A stretch of DNA of 61,050 nt, filler included, from Circinaria calcarea (lineage: Eukaryota): assembly GCA_051942165.1 (NCBI GenBank). It is 16 parts of 16 records of this genome, joined end to end, with 100 filler letters (N's around TTAATTAATTAA, not from the genome) between each part and the next. Parts side by side here need not be neighbours in the genome. Positions count along the whole stretch, not along the records: positions 34,486 to 38,206 come from JAVECS010002655.1; positions 38,307 to 42,022 come from JAVECS010002656.1; positions 42,123 to 45,833 come from JAVECS010002657.1; positions 45,934 to 49,643 come from JAVECS010002658.1; 12 more parts are not named here. The stretch is one strand, 5' to 3'. Below are positions 34,938 to 46,602 of the stretch, one piece after another. The stretch's first letter is position 1, and the number at the start of each line of letters is the position of its first letter. The position numbers were made by a program, and so were the translations under genes. The notes under the pieces were generated by a model. It saw nothing but the letters and a program-made list of their open reading frames with translations. It was not told the origin of the DNA and did not search any database.

Positions 34938-35856
34938 CTTGTCCGCTTCTTTTAGATTCAAGTAAGAAGGAGTAGATAGGAGTACGATTTGCTAGTATCG
35001 GAGAGGGTTCTCAAGCTGTGAGAATAACAAGATCTTAGGCACAATGACTGTTAACAGGAATATCTAAAATGCGTCTAAGACAATCTCCTGTCAGCAGTTT
35101 TTCCCAGGCACGCCATTTTCTTTTTACCGCTGCAATAGATTTTCCGAGCGGCTCTCGGCCGGACTTAGGGGACTACCAAAATATAAACATACAAATACAT
35201 ACTTGTGCTCATATCTACGCTCTAGTGAGTGGAGACTTAGTTAGCCTTCACCATAACTCTGTGCTTGTACCAATGGATCGGTAGCAACCGTGCAATACCA
35301 AAGCCCGCTATGACTTCTTACGCAAGTCTCTATCGCCCTGTAATTCTGGGCGGGGCTCTAGTACTTCAATCAAGCAACCCTGTGCTGCCATTAGGCCACG
35401 GCTTTAGAGGAGAGCATGGCGTAGTCTGCGAGGTAGTCGCACCGAGGGGACTATTGCTCTTCTAGTAATGCTAGGAAGAATCGTGAATGGCGCTATAAAT
35501 ACCGAGTTGGTATCAGGAAACCAACACCGAAGAGGAAGCCGGTTCCGAATAGGAGTACTCTAATCAATCTCACACACAACAGCTTTTGTGAGGCTTGCAT
35601 GCTAACATGAGATTCCGGATGCTTCCGGCATCCAAAGATATTCAGTACCAACGGGTACGAACAAAATTATGCTAAGAATGGGCGAATCTATTATTGATAT
35701 CGATATAGACATCGTACTTCATGTTGTTGTGACAAAGCCGCTTTCAAGCTCGCAGTCGCCGGCAATGCTCCGGACAAATCCGCCATGCAATTGTCCCCGC
35801 ACCTTACCTCAACAGCCGGCGAAACTGAGCCAAGTATAAGCTAGGTCGTCCATCCA

Positions 35857-37386
35857 TTACCTCTTGCCACCTTCGCCTGTTCTTCTCCTGCTCGGCCTCA
35901 TCTCTACAGCGGAGGAAGTAGCAGGCGTGGAGGGAGTAATACTAGCGGGACGTGTTCGCTTCCAATGTTGCGGAAAGGGGAACAGGGCTTCAAGAGCCGT
36001 GCTAATTGCCGGTCTTCGAACCTCAAGGCCATGGTCGATGATGTTCTTGACGGTATTGTTGCATGCTCGGATGTCTTTGGTAGTCATGGACGAGTAAGAC
36101 TTCAGGAAAGACATGTAGTAGCGGCGGTCGGCTTCGGAGTACCAATGGAGATAGAATATGGCCTCTCTATGAGACATGGTAATCGTGAAGGCGATCGTAT
36201 CCTTGAGTGAAGAGCTGTCATATGTACCAGCTTCTTTGAGGAGCCATAACAGAGCATTCACAGAATGCGAACCGCTGCCTGCAGCCTGGTTCTCGGCCAC
36301 GTAAATTGACCCTCCAGCAGCTTCAGACTTTATTTCAACCATGAGGAAAGGAAACGTGTTGCCTGGCGCCGGTTGGGCATAAAGCCGCGCCACTGGATGA
36401 GCGATGACGTTGTTTTGGGCAGTCGACCAGGCCGATCTTTGGTTGGTTGGATATCCGAAGTGGGTGTCAGGCTCGGGCACAGCGACGTCGTACTGATATT
36501 CCGGGTTGTTTGGCAATCCAACGGTACTCCACGGGCTATTCCCTCCTTCCGCAATGCCAGGACGTTCGAACGGGAACATGTCTGTCCTGATAAGCTTCGC
36601 TATGGGGCCTTCAGTGCATTCGGCAAGCTCCTCCGCCGTGTCTTTCACTTTAGCCACCGCTTCGTCCCCCAACTGAGGAGACTTTCGTTGCTTTAATATA
36701 TATTCATCGGCGAACGTCCTCAGCTCTTCTGGTATCCGTCTCCCCGAGAAGTCTAAAGTGATGTGGTTGTTATAGAGCGTGCTTCGATACAAGGGATGTG
36801 ATGTACCCGGCTTGCCACTTTGCGAAGTACCCAACCCGGAGTCTGCATTTTCTCCATGTTGTGATGGTTGTTGGGACATTTGCTTGATCCTCGCAAGCGA
36901 CGGAGGTGTGTACTTGTCTTTGCCGACGTCCACGGTAGCTGGACAAGTCGATGGGCGGTCGCTTGGGGGGCTGATTGGGCGATCACTCGGGAAATCGGAT
37001 GGGTGAGTGTCTTGAACGCAGACTGCGGAGATCCAGTCGTTGATTGGCTCGCCGGTCGAAAGCTGAGGGCGGTAACCTTTGCTCCCCGGCACCCGCGTAG
37101 GCCACGGCGGTGCACTGCCTGAGCGAGTAACTCGGAAGTGCTGGTCGTCGGAGGGCTCGGAGCGTGGTGACTGCAGTCGGCGATGCTTCGTCGGAGGCGT
37201 GTCACGAGTATCGAGATGGTTGAAGCTCGGTGAACGAGGGCGACGAGGTGGGTGGTGGCTCTGGGTCAATGGAGTGGGCAGTAGAGGTGGTGACCACCGA
37301 GGGTCCAGCAAAGCGTCTGGTCCGATATCTATAAAGGCTCGTTGGTGCTGCCTCTGAGGGCTTGGACAGAAGATCTCGGAGCTCAT
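35857..37386 (-). CDS. Fungal protein with a PD-(D/E)xK-like domain (DUF7924-like) and disordered N-terminus
   Basis: Intronless ORF with PEPDTHFGY...FPFLMVEIKSEAAGGSIYVAENQAAGSG...FYLHW...NIIDHG. The likely start is MSSEIF at 37386. Confidence 0.75.
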   Translation of the reverse strand: MSSEIFCPSPQRQHQRAFIDIGPDALLDPRWSPPLLPTPLTQSHHPPRRPRSPSFNHLDTRDTPPTKHRRLQSPRSEPSDDQHFRVTRSGSAPPWPTRVPGSKGYRPQLSTGEPINDWISAVCVQDTHPSDFPSDRPISPPSDRPSTCPATVDVGKDKYTPPSLARIKQMSQQPSQHGENADSGLGTSQSGKPGTSHPLYRSTLYNNHITLDFSGRRIPEELRTFADEYILKQRKSPQLGDEAVAKVKDTAEELAECTEGPIAKLIRTDMFPFERPGIAEGGNSPWSTVGLPNNPEYQYDVAVPEPDTHFGYPTNQRSAWSTAQNNVIAHPVARLYAQPAPGNTFPFLMVEIKSEAAGGSIYVAENQAAGSGSHSVNALLWLLKEAGTYDSSSLKDTIAFTITMSHREAIFYLHWYSEADRRYYMSFLKSYSSMTTKDIRACNNTVKNIIDHGLEVRRPAISTALEALFPFPQHWKRTRPASITPSTPATSSAVEMRPSRRRTGEGGKR

Positions 37387-38004
37387 AGCGGTCGAGCGTG
37401 GCAGGAGACAAAGAAGGAAATTAAGTATGCCGGAGGAGGTGAGCGCGCGGCAAGTGATGCTGCGTGTTTGCACTTGCCTCAGTGGAGGCCTCAGACTTCT
37501 TTCATGCCCTGAAACCAAAGGAACGATGTTGAAGGGTTTATAAATCTGGGCACATGGGCCTTAGCTCTTACCTTTTTGATATGGCGCCAGCACCATGACA
37601 TGCGCTAGAGCCCGAGAGAGACTAGCTCAGGAGCGGAGGAACCCCGGGAGCACTGGAGGTTGCTCAGTATACTTATAAAGGTAAACAGAATAAGCACCCT
37701 ATTATATACAACAGGCTATTCCCGTTCTTTATAATAGCATGCTTATAGAACCATAAAGAGTTCAATATACTCCTTTTATATTGAGCCCAGGGCAACAGTG
37801 CCCTGAAACGAAGAATGAGTGGAAGGGTTTAAATCTGGGCACGACCCGGTCCGATCCGAGCAAAGTTTCACTGGAGTCGCAGCGTAAAGAGTTTAGTTTT
37901 CTACGCTTTTCGGCCTAGTTTTCTGTCCATTTTGGGCCTTAGCTCTTACCTTTATAGGAAGGTCGTAAAATGCTCGATTATACACTCTCCGCGCAGATAT
38001 TCAG

Positions 38005-38206
38005 GACTTATATGCAGCGTGCTCTTTCCATACTATGCTGCATACTCTTTCCGTGCTATACTATATGCTCTTTCTATGCTATGCGGCGGGCTGTCGCTAT
38101 TCTATGCCGCGTGTTTTCGCTATGCTATGCTCCATGCTATGCTGCGTGCTCTTTCCCTGCTATGCAGAATGCTCTTTCCATGCTTTGCTGCATGCTCTTT
38201 CTATGC
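38005..38206 (+). repeat. Degenerate minisatellite (about 20-24 bp, TGCTCTTTCCATGCTATGCTGC-like) running into the contig end
   Basis: Repeated TGCTCTTT and TGCTATGC motifs. Confidence 0.75.
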
Positions 38207-38306
38207 NNNNNNNNNNNNNNNNNNNNNNNNNNNNNNNNNNNNNNNNNNNNTTAATTAATTAANNNNNNNNNNNNNNNNNNNNNNNNNNNNNNNNNNNNNN
38301 NNNNNN

Positions 38307-38645
38307 GAGCTATCGGCGAACCAAATCGCTCTGATTTTAACGTCGAGGGTCTTGTGCAGATCATCCCACAAAGGCTCATAAGTCTCCTTGGATTATGGTG
38401 AGCCTTCCCTGATGCCCAGCTGCACAGTGTCTGAGAGCACGTATACCACGAACCTTTGGCACGCCGTTGGCATGAGCCGCTATAATGGTAATGGAATCAG
38501 GTGAAGCGTTTAAATTGTTCAAAGGCCTGTATTCCTTGATGGCGAGTTTGATAGCATCTTGGGAGGACTTGACGGCATGAGGATACTCTCTAATGTGCTG
38601 GCATGGTATGATATGCTCTGTGACTTCGAACAAAGAAGCAGACAT
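38307..38645 (-). CDS. Alpha/beta hydrolase (MpaH-like, Abhydrolase_6), N-terminus (3' truncated)
   Basis: MSASLFEVTEHIIPCQHIREYP...LAIKEYRP...TIIAAHANGVPK | ETYEPLWDDL...IRAIWFAD. Confidence 0.82.
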
Positions 38646-39731
38646 TATTACCGTAGCTGCAGGCGAAGGAAATAATCCCAAGTCAAGCTCAAGATCTCTC
38701 AGCAGTCAATTCTGGTAAGAAGACACGATAGCTTACTGAGTAGCATAAACTGAAGGGCACATACTCGATAGATTTACCGGAGGATGCAAAAGTAGTTAGA
38801 CGACTCGCTTAACTTGCACTTTTCGGCCTGAGGCATTGAGTGCGGTACGGAGTATCTGATGCGAAGCCAGCGTCCAGGATAACGACGGCTAGCGTTGGCA
38901 ATAACGGGCCGTTACCGACGGCCACACGGCCTGAACTGACCGGATCGATTTAAGCGCCTCAGCCCACCTTAAAGATAGTAAGCTAAGGTAGGCTGTCAGC
39001 TTTAAAATTTTAAACTAGTCCAGCAAGCTACCGCTAACGCTGAGACTCACCAAACTCCAAAATTACCACGTCGCCCGGCATATTGAACGCCTACACCCTA
39101 GACTCTTTTAAGTCCTTTGTATGATTTTCAGCGCTAGCAATGATTACTCCTGACACCGTAGTACGTCACTTTATTATCATTCTGCAGGACAATTCTGGTT
39201 ATTGGCCAGACGTAGAAGCTGGGGGGACACCGGTCCCGTCAGCACTTACGGAGTAGGCAATGCAACTCAAGAGTCTGCTTTGCCTCCATAGCTGAACCGA
39301 TTGATGCCTTGACTGACAAGCCCTCGGGATCAAGCCAACCTACGATTCGACGGCACGAGTACTCCTGCATAGAAACAATCCGACTGTACTGTGCCTTAAA
39401 CCTACTCCAAAGTCACTCGAAGGACGGTGGACATGGATTGATGTTTGTGCCGCTAGAAAGGTACCCAAGCGGTATTGTCAGGATCCACTCTGGGTGGCAC
39501 CGACGCTGAGCTGTTTCGATGTCTCTCCTGCATGGACGGGAAACCGAAAGTGCGAGAAAAGCGCCATTTGTCAGGGCTGGTTTAACACGCATTTTATTCC
39601 ATATCTGCGCCATCCCCACCGGCTTTCTTCCAACACCATCTTCTTCATCACATTTTTCATAGCATTTTTCCATAGCATTTATACACATTTCCTTCCCTCG
39701 TGCCTCATAGTAGAAAACGTAATGCCCTACC

Positions 39732-41150
39732 TACGGTGGCATGAATGGACCTTACGGCAACAATAAATTTTTGAAAAATTTTTTAGAACTTTTGTTTTCG
39801 GAAAATCGCTTTTCGACTTCGCGCACGCCAGCTTCTGTCGTTCCTACCATAGTAATTACTATGGCAGCAGCGACAGCGCATGTAATTAGATAGCTGTTTT
39901 GCGATGTATTATTATGAAACTAAACTTATGCAATTTGCGCTGCAACTTGCTTATAAATTATAATAAATTGCGAAGCCTTATTTACAACGCAAATAAGGCG
40001 TATAACCGTAGAAACCAAAGCTGTGGATAATAAAGTAAAAAATCGTTATTGGTCGGTAAGCGAATTGTATAATTATATGAAGAACTTTAAAACAGCTGCC
40101 ACCTATTATTTTATATTGATATAGTGTTACGTCCCTAAGCTTCTTAGGCAAAGGCAATGCTAGTCACTGGTATAAGGCGGGGACTCTGTAATAGGCACGA
40201 GGATTCTATACCAATCACTTGGCAAGTAATGAGTAACGATAGAAGTATATTGCTACACTTGTAAGGTCTTGACCACACCGGTCAAATACTACGGAAAGGA
40301 CTGAGACTATATAGATCATCTGAGGTTACACGAATCTTCCCAAAAGGGGTGGACGTAGTGGACGTCGTGGACGTAGCCACGTCCAGTACGTCCAGTACGT
40401 CCAGTACCACCAATACGCCTAACCCGCGTATTACTCAGACCTCTTGGCACAGCCCTGTGGGTCGCGTCATTACATATAGCTTTATGCGCCACCGACGGAT
40501 TTTCGATATTAAAACGGCTTTTAATAGAGCTGAATACAGCGATAAAAATATTATTTCAATTTCGAAATTTGGAGCATTATTCGTAGAGTAATTAAATAAG
40601 AAGAATATATATTTATTAATATTATAGTGGATTTCGCGAGCATATATTATTATTATATATATTATAATATTCGCAGTTGAATATAATTTTTTCTATACTA
40701 CTGATTTGAGTAAGTGAAATAGTATTCGAATTCGCTGAATGAGCGCATTTAAATGCCGTTTTATTTACTTGAATTAATAATATAGAAAAAATCATATTTA
40801 ACTGCGAAAGTTATAGTGCGCGTGGTGATAATGCGCGATCGTAATATTTTTGGTTTCTATAGTTACGCTCTTTGTTTATTAGTTTTACATTGTAAATAAG
40901 GCTTCGTAATCTACTATGAATCTACGAGTGAATGACTGCAGCGCAAGTGGCAGAGATTTGCTGTCGTAATAGTATTATCTCAAGCTATCTATCTAATTAC
41001 ATGTGCTGTTACTGCTGCCATAGTAATTGCTTTGATAGGAACGACAGAAGCTGGCGTGCGTGAAGTCGAAAAGCGATTTTCCGAAAAGAAAAGTTCTAAA
41101 AAAATTTTCAAAAATTTATTGTTGCCGTAAGGTCCATTCATGCCACCGTA
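39732..41150. mobile_element. Non-autonomous DNA transposon with long TIRs (about 160 bp well conserved, about 290 bp degenerate), flanked by CTACC direct repeats
   Basis: The left end TACGGTGGCATGAATGGACCTTACGGCAACAATAAATTTTTG is the reverse complement of the right end. CTACC lies at 39727-39731 and 41151-41155. Confidence 0.9.
40125..40474. mobile_element. Solo LTR (350 bp) nested inside the TIR element
   Basis: TGTTAC...ATTACA termini, a TATAG target-site duplication at 40120-40124 and 40475-40479, and higher GC than the surrounding element. Confidence 0.85.
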
Positions 41151-41290
41151 CTACCTGTATACCTTCCTGTTTTCTTGGATTATTTTATAATATTAACATC
41201 TCTATTTGTTGACAGCACATAACCGTGTGTGAATAATGCGAAGACCGTAGATCGACTTGCCGCAATCAAGAAAGCAAAAGAACATTCAGT

Positions 41291-42022
41291 ATGGAGGGTT
41301 GGACAGACTCCTACAATAAGACTTTACTGGCACATTGGAATTCGTTCATAAAGATTTTCAACTCAACAAACGGCGATATTTCTATCAATGGTCACAGTCT
41401 TAATCTTGCAGAAGTCGTAGCAGTAGCCAGGCAAGTTTAGTACTTTAGAGTGTGGCATTTCTGATACTAATATAAATGGTCGTTAGGAATGGTTCTGCAA
41501 TTCACCTCGAGGACGCTGCCATACAGCTTGTGGCAAAGAGCGCTCAGGCGGTCCACCGAAGCCTAGAAAGGGGAGAAATTATATATGGTCGGTGAAGAGA
41601 ACCTCTTTAATGTTTTGTCCTAGTAATATACTAAGGCGGAAATAAAAGGCGTCAATACTGGGTTTGGAGGTAGTGCAAATACTCGGACAAAGGCAGTAGA
41701 GGAACTCCAACGGCTATTGACTCGAGGCCTTCACTATGGTATGCTGGTGCAACCGGCAGACTTGGAACACATACCCGCCAAGAACGGATCGAGCGTGACG
41801 GCTAAACTTTTGAAGTCATTGCCTCTCGATGACCCTGAAGCTGCCACCTGCATGCCAGAGTCTTGGGTCCGGGCGTCCATGCTGATTCGTCTGAACTCCC
41901 TTGCCAGTGGCGTATCGGGAGTGCAAGTATCTACCGTTGACAGCCTTGTGCAACTCCTCGAGCACGATATAGTCCCAAGGATCCCAATCCGCGGAAGCAT
42001 CTCTGCATCAGGAGATTTAAGG
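41291..42022 (+). CDS. Aromatic amino acid ammonia-lyase (PAL/TAL/HAL family), N-terminal part (3' truncated)
   Basis: INGHSLNLAEVVAVAR | ...GEIIY | GVNTGFGGSANTRT...RASMLIRLNSLASGVSGV...PRIPIRGSISASGDL, containing the ASG MIO triad. The first intron is GC-AG (41431-41486). Confidence 0.93.
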
Positions 42023-42122
42023 NNNNNNNNNNNNNNNNNNNNNNNNNNNNNNNNNNNNNNNNNNNNTTAATTAATTAANNNNNNNNNNNNNNNNNNNNNN
42101 NNNNNNNNNNNNNNNNNNNNNN

Positions 42123-42302
42123 GAAGAGAATGGTGACGAGCGTGATGGGGAAGATGGATTGCTTGACGGTCAGGGCCGAGGCACCGGTGAGGCCTCTGTT
42201 GGACACGCTCTTGCGGTGCATCTGATTGATAGCATCGACATTGGATGGCCGGCGCTGTTGCAGAACCTCTTCAATCTCCGGCTCTTCCTTCTTTCCCCAC
42301 AT
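42123..42302 (-). CDS. L-fucose permease / glucose-galactose (FHS) MFS transporter, N-terminus (3' truncated)
   Basis: RKSVSNRGLTGASALTVKQSIFPITLVTILF resembles fungal FucP-like N-termini. Confidence 0.65.
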
Positions 42303-43986
42303 ATTGGCGGATGGTGGAGGGTGCGGGTAGGAGGTGCTGGAGAGGATGGTCGTGTAAATGGACAGAAGGGGAGGGAAGGAGTAGGACAGGCCAATCGGAT
42401 GCTATTCGAAGAAGCAGCTGCAAAGTGCTCTATGAGAGATGTACGATGATGATAAGGATGAGGATGTGCAGGGTGGAAAGAGGGGTCGGGCTGTCTTGCT
42501 GATGATGATGATGGTTGTTCTCGAGGGAACGCTCCCCTCATATACTTTCCCATGGCCACTGAGGATGTTGGCTCGGATTGGATCTGGATGGTCCCATTGA
42601 CGGGGATATGTGGGATCGTGCATCATGCGTATGTAGGCCATGTCAACTAATCCGTATGTCCAGCTCCAAGTCATGTAAAGGTGGTGAGGTATTGGATGAC
42701 TTTACTTTTCGTGCCTATGCAGAGCTTAGAATCCTATCTTATCGTCTTAGCGGCCCCCCGGAGTCAGTCGTGAACGCTAGTGGACTGCTGGCTGCAACGG
42801 GGAATTCCGATGGGTACTGTTCGGCGAAAACACTTTGTCGAATTCGCGGGTCGACTTTCCCCCTCTGGCAACATACCCATCCCCAGGTTTGACTATTTTA
42901 CAAGCCTAACGCGATACGAAATCGCGGTAGTTTCCCCGCTGTATGGTATATTCTTACGTAGCGAATGGATCGCCTTACGCCAGCACTAAGAGGAAAAGTG
43001 GAGTGACGCTGACATGTACGAGCGCGGTCTTGGACGAGTCCATTTCTTCTAAATTCTGATGAGCCAATCCCAATGATCGCGTAACGCTCTAGACTCCTTC
43101 TAGCGTCTTCAAGCTGGCGAGAGGATATGCCGAGAGACTGTCCGAAGAAACCCCGAACGCTCTTGGGCTGGTGGGTTGGTCCCACGAAGATTTCCTGCAT
43201 CCTGTACGTAACGGTTTGCTCCGACCTTTGACCATCCACTCGGAGTATTTGCCTCCTCGAGGAATCCATTCCATTTTACTAGTGGCCAGGCATCATAGGG
43301 CTAGCAGTGCATCAGGAGATCCTGCGTGCGACGGGCCCCTGTCCGTTGAGTGATGCCCTAGAAGATGCATCTTAGAGTTTTCATTACCACGAAGCTCTAT
43401 ACGGATTATGGATTCATCTAGATCTGCAAAGGCCGACAGCCGCCCTGAAAATATACATCTTGGTCTTTTCAACAGATTGTCTTCCATGAGGGTTAAGCCC
43501 GGAATAGAGAAAGCAAGTAGCCAGGATAGATACATGGTACCGAATGCTAGCTGGCAAGGAGAAGCTTCTATCGTCGAGACACCTCAGACTTAATGTTCGA
43601 GCTTCAAGCCCGGTTCTTGGTCAGCATCTTTAGTCATCGTAATAATTACACAGGGGCCAGAAGGAGCGATTACACTTTTAGGGCTCGTGGTCTTATCGAC
43701 GCGAGGATATGGAGTCACGGTATAAAGAGATGAGGATACCAAGCTTCCACACGAGCGCCGATGGATGGATATGATATCTTCTATTTGAGGATGCAACTTA
43801 ATGCTTCTTGAGTTCCAAATCCCTACCATAAAACGGTGTCAGCTGGCCAGAGTCCAACAAGGTATTGAATCAAGCGTGTCTTTGTTGGAAAGGGGGATTG
43901 AACACACGGCGCAAACTGACCACGGACAGCTTGACTTACTCATACATAAGATTGTCTTCCTTTCGAGGAATGATGCAAGATACTTG

Positions 43987-44385
43987 CTACGTCAAAAGAC
44001 CATTATCGGAATGGAACCTCTGTACGATATTTTCTATCTCTGCCACAAACCGTGACGCTTTATGCAGTGCCCCATGGATCGAATTCTCGAATCTTTCAAT
44101 TAGGCAGTATTGTACCCGAAGCTCCTTGGTGCAGTCATGGAAATTTGCTTCAGCTCTCCTGATACCTTGGAGTTCATTTTGGGGAGGTTTCTTGTGGTCT
44201 TCCTTGTAATGCGCCATCATCCTTTGAATGACTTTGTCGATTTCCGCTTGAAAATCTAGATACTTCAGTTTAACCTGCGCTTTCATGCTAGCTTTTTCCT
44301 CCCCAAGATCAGCGAGAAGAACAAGGCAATTATCTATGTGAGCCTTCACTCGAGCCGCCTCTGCTGTCGTTACAATGTAGCTCAT
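43987..44385 (-). CDS. Hypothetical helical protein, 132 aa
   Basis: ORF starting at ATG with a good context and a coiled-coil-like composition. No family recognised. Confidence 0.35.
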   Translation of the reverse strand: MSYIVTTAEAARVKAHIDNCLVLLADLGEEKASMKAQVKLKYLDFQAEIDKVIQRMMAHYKEDHKKPPQNELQGIRRAEANFHDCTKELRVQYCLIERFENSIHGALHKASRFVAEIENIVQRFHSDNGLLT

Positions 44386-44971
44386 AGTTTATTCTGCTTG
44401 CACGGACGTTTTGATACCCAGAGTTGGCTTGGTATTTGAAGGAGGCTTAGGTCTTGACGAGAGTCCGCGAAATGAGGCCAGAGGGTGGAGGTTGAAGGCG
44501 GGAGTGGAATATTTGTACGTGGGACTGTCAGTTGAGGTTTGATTGTGGAATATTGGAACGACGAAATACATCCTCTACTTACTTATGAGCAGTTTGCTAG
44601 ACGACTGAGATTTTCTCGCGCATTCGAGTTCCTTGTGTTCCATGTGTGGAATCAAATACTACGAAGTTCTAATTTCTAAATTCTTCCGCATTCCCTACAG
44701 ACCCTTGATCCATGTCTTATAGCCTTTTCTTCTATCCGACACAGGAAACTTTACTTCTGGAACTTTCCTTTGGTGCCCAAACCACAACAGTAATCACTAG
44801 ATCTCGAGCACACCAGTGTATCTCACGGAAGAAGGTAGATATCGTGCAGACCGTGTGACAATTGCCAACCTCCAGCCATTACCCCCTACCGGCTAGCACC
44901 ATCCACTGATTTGATTTGCTTTGCGGAAAGCGGAAAGCGCAAAGATTCGGTAGGAAGGAAATTCCTTCCGC

Positions 44972-45624
44972 TCATCGAAGGCTAATCCCAACCTCAACTA
45001 CGCTCAATTTCCGAATTTGTGTTTCCGGCAGCTCCTCGCCATCCTCCCCTCCACCAATATCCAATTCGTGATCATTACCGCCGACCTCTACATCCACTTT
45101 CTTCCTCAATTTTGGTTTCTTAACCTCGACAATATCATCCACCACTCCTACACTCGCAGTCCTCAACCTCACCCTACAATCCTGCTGGCCCTGAAAGTAT
45201 AGCGCCAAGCCCAAAACCTTCTCGATTGCCTTATTCGTAGCTTTTAACAGCACTTCCTCCGGCTCCTTTTCTTTCCTCGTCACTGCCTTTAGCCGTTGCT
45301 TGTCGCTTGATTTGCTATTCACGAGGTCCACGTTGCCCATGGAGCGTTTCTCGACGAGCGCTAAGAGATTGCGCACACGTTTAACAACGGAGACGAAGGG
45401 TGTTGTAGTTGAGACGTAGATGACCTTTGGCTGGTTGGCGCCAGTATAGGGAGAGGGAATGGCAGGGTGTAGGATTGGTCGTTTTTGTATGCGCGCATCT
45501 GGTGGGGGTATCAGCGCGGGAATCATGGAGAGCTTGAATGATGCGCACTATCTGGTAGCCGTCGAAGCTTTGCAGTACTGTCTTTCTTTCTTCTCGGGAC
45601 ATTCTTGCTCGATTCAGACGCCAT
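44972..45624 (-). CDS. POP7: RNase P/MRP subunit Rpp20/Pop7
   Basis: MASESSK...KLRRLPD | NARIQKRPILHP (intron 45499-45548), IYVSTTTPFVSVVKRVRNLL, EEVLLKATNKAIEKVL and RTASVGVVDDIV. Confidence 0.85.
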
Positions 45625-45933
45625 AACTGTAATACAGCCGGAGTTTATTTATGAAGCTCCCATATGAGATCATACGTTGTAGGATTTTCGACAAACGAGC
45701 GCGTTGCGCGCTTGACATTACTCCAATCGCAGCCGATAGCGCCTAATTTCGAGCCAAAGGGACATCATCTCATCGCGGTCTATCTCAAAGTCTCCGATGC
45801 TCCTCCGTCACCTCCATATCCCCAATCCCATCCNNNNNNNNNNNNNNNNNNNNNNNNNNNNNNNNNNNNNNNNNNNNTTAATTAATTAANNNNNNNNNNN
45901 NNNNNNNNNNNNNNNNNNNNNNNNNNNNNNNNN

Positions 45934-46602
45934 TATGTCTGCTCTGGTCTAATCGGAGGAACGAATTCATTCATCGAGATAGTAATGCCCATGAGCTGGA
46001 ATGCCGGGTTAGCACCTATAAATGCCTTAATATGTCAAGCAAGTGGCTCACTATGCCTGTTGCAAAGTACCACAAGACAATGGTCATGGGCAGTGCCACA
46101 ATGTACCTTATCCGCCTTGTGAAATTGAAGAGAAGAAAGACGTTGCCGACAAATCCACAGACCAAAGAAGTAGCATTGAGAGCTACGCACCAACGTGGAT
46201 CTGCAAAGCCGTAGGATTTCATATCTTGGCCGGGGTACTGAGGATCATAGTTATTCCTCCAAGGTGTGACTAGCGCGGCGATGGACATGACATTGGCGAG
46301 CGGACCTGTAGTAGCAGCCAGGAGGGGTATAGCAGTGGATGCAAACCACCAATCTCTATTGGTGAGGGAACTCGGTCAGTAGGAAGACCCTGCCATAATA
46401 CCTGTAGAATATAAACTCACTGAGGTTCCTCATCATCAGCGGGCCGCATGCGGAACTTCCATAACTGTTTGGTATACGTCGGTGCACGTTCGAGAGGCTC
46501 GAGTTCTTCCTTCTTCTCCAAGTTGCCTCTTGGAGAGTCCGGAGTCCTATAGATAGACTCGACGGCGGTCGTGGCGCTGTCCGGGGGTGTATTGTGATCC
46601 AT
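45934..46602 (-). CDS. TOK-family two-pore potassium channel, N-terminus (3' truncated)
   Basis: DDEEPQ | DWWFASTAIPLLAATTGPLANVMSIAALVTPWR...DPRWCVALNATSLVCGFVGNVFLLFNFTRRIRY. Confidence 0.85.
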
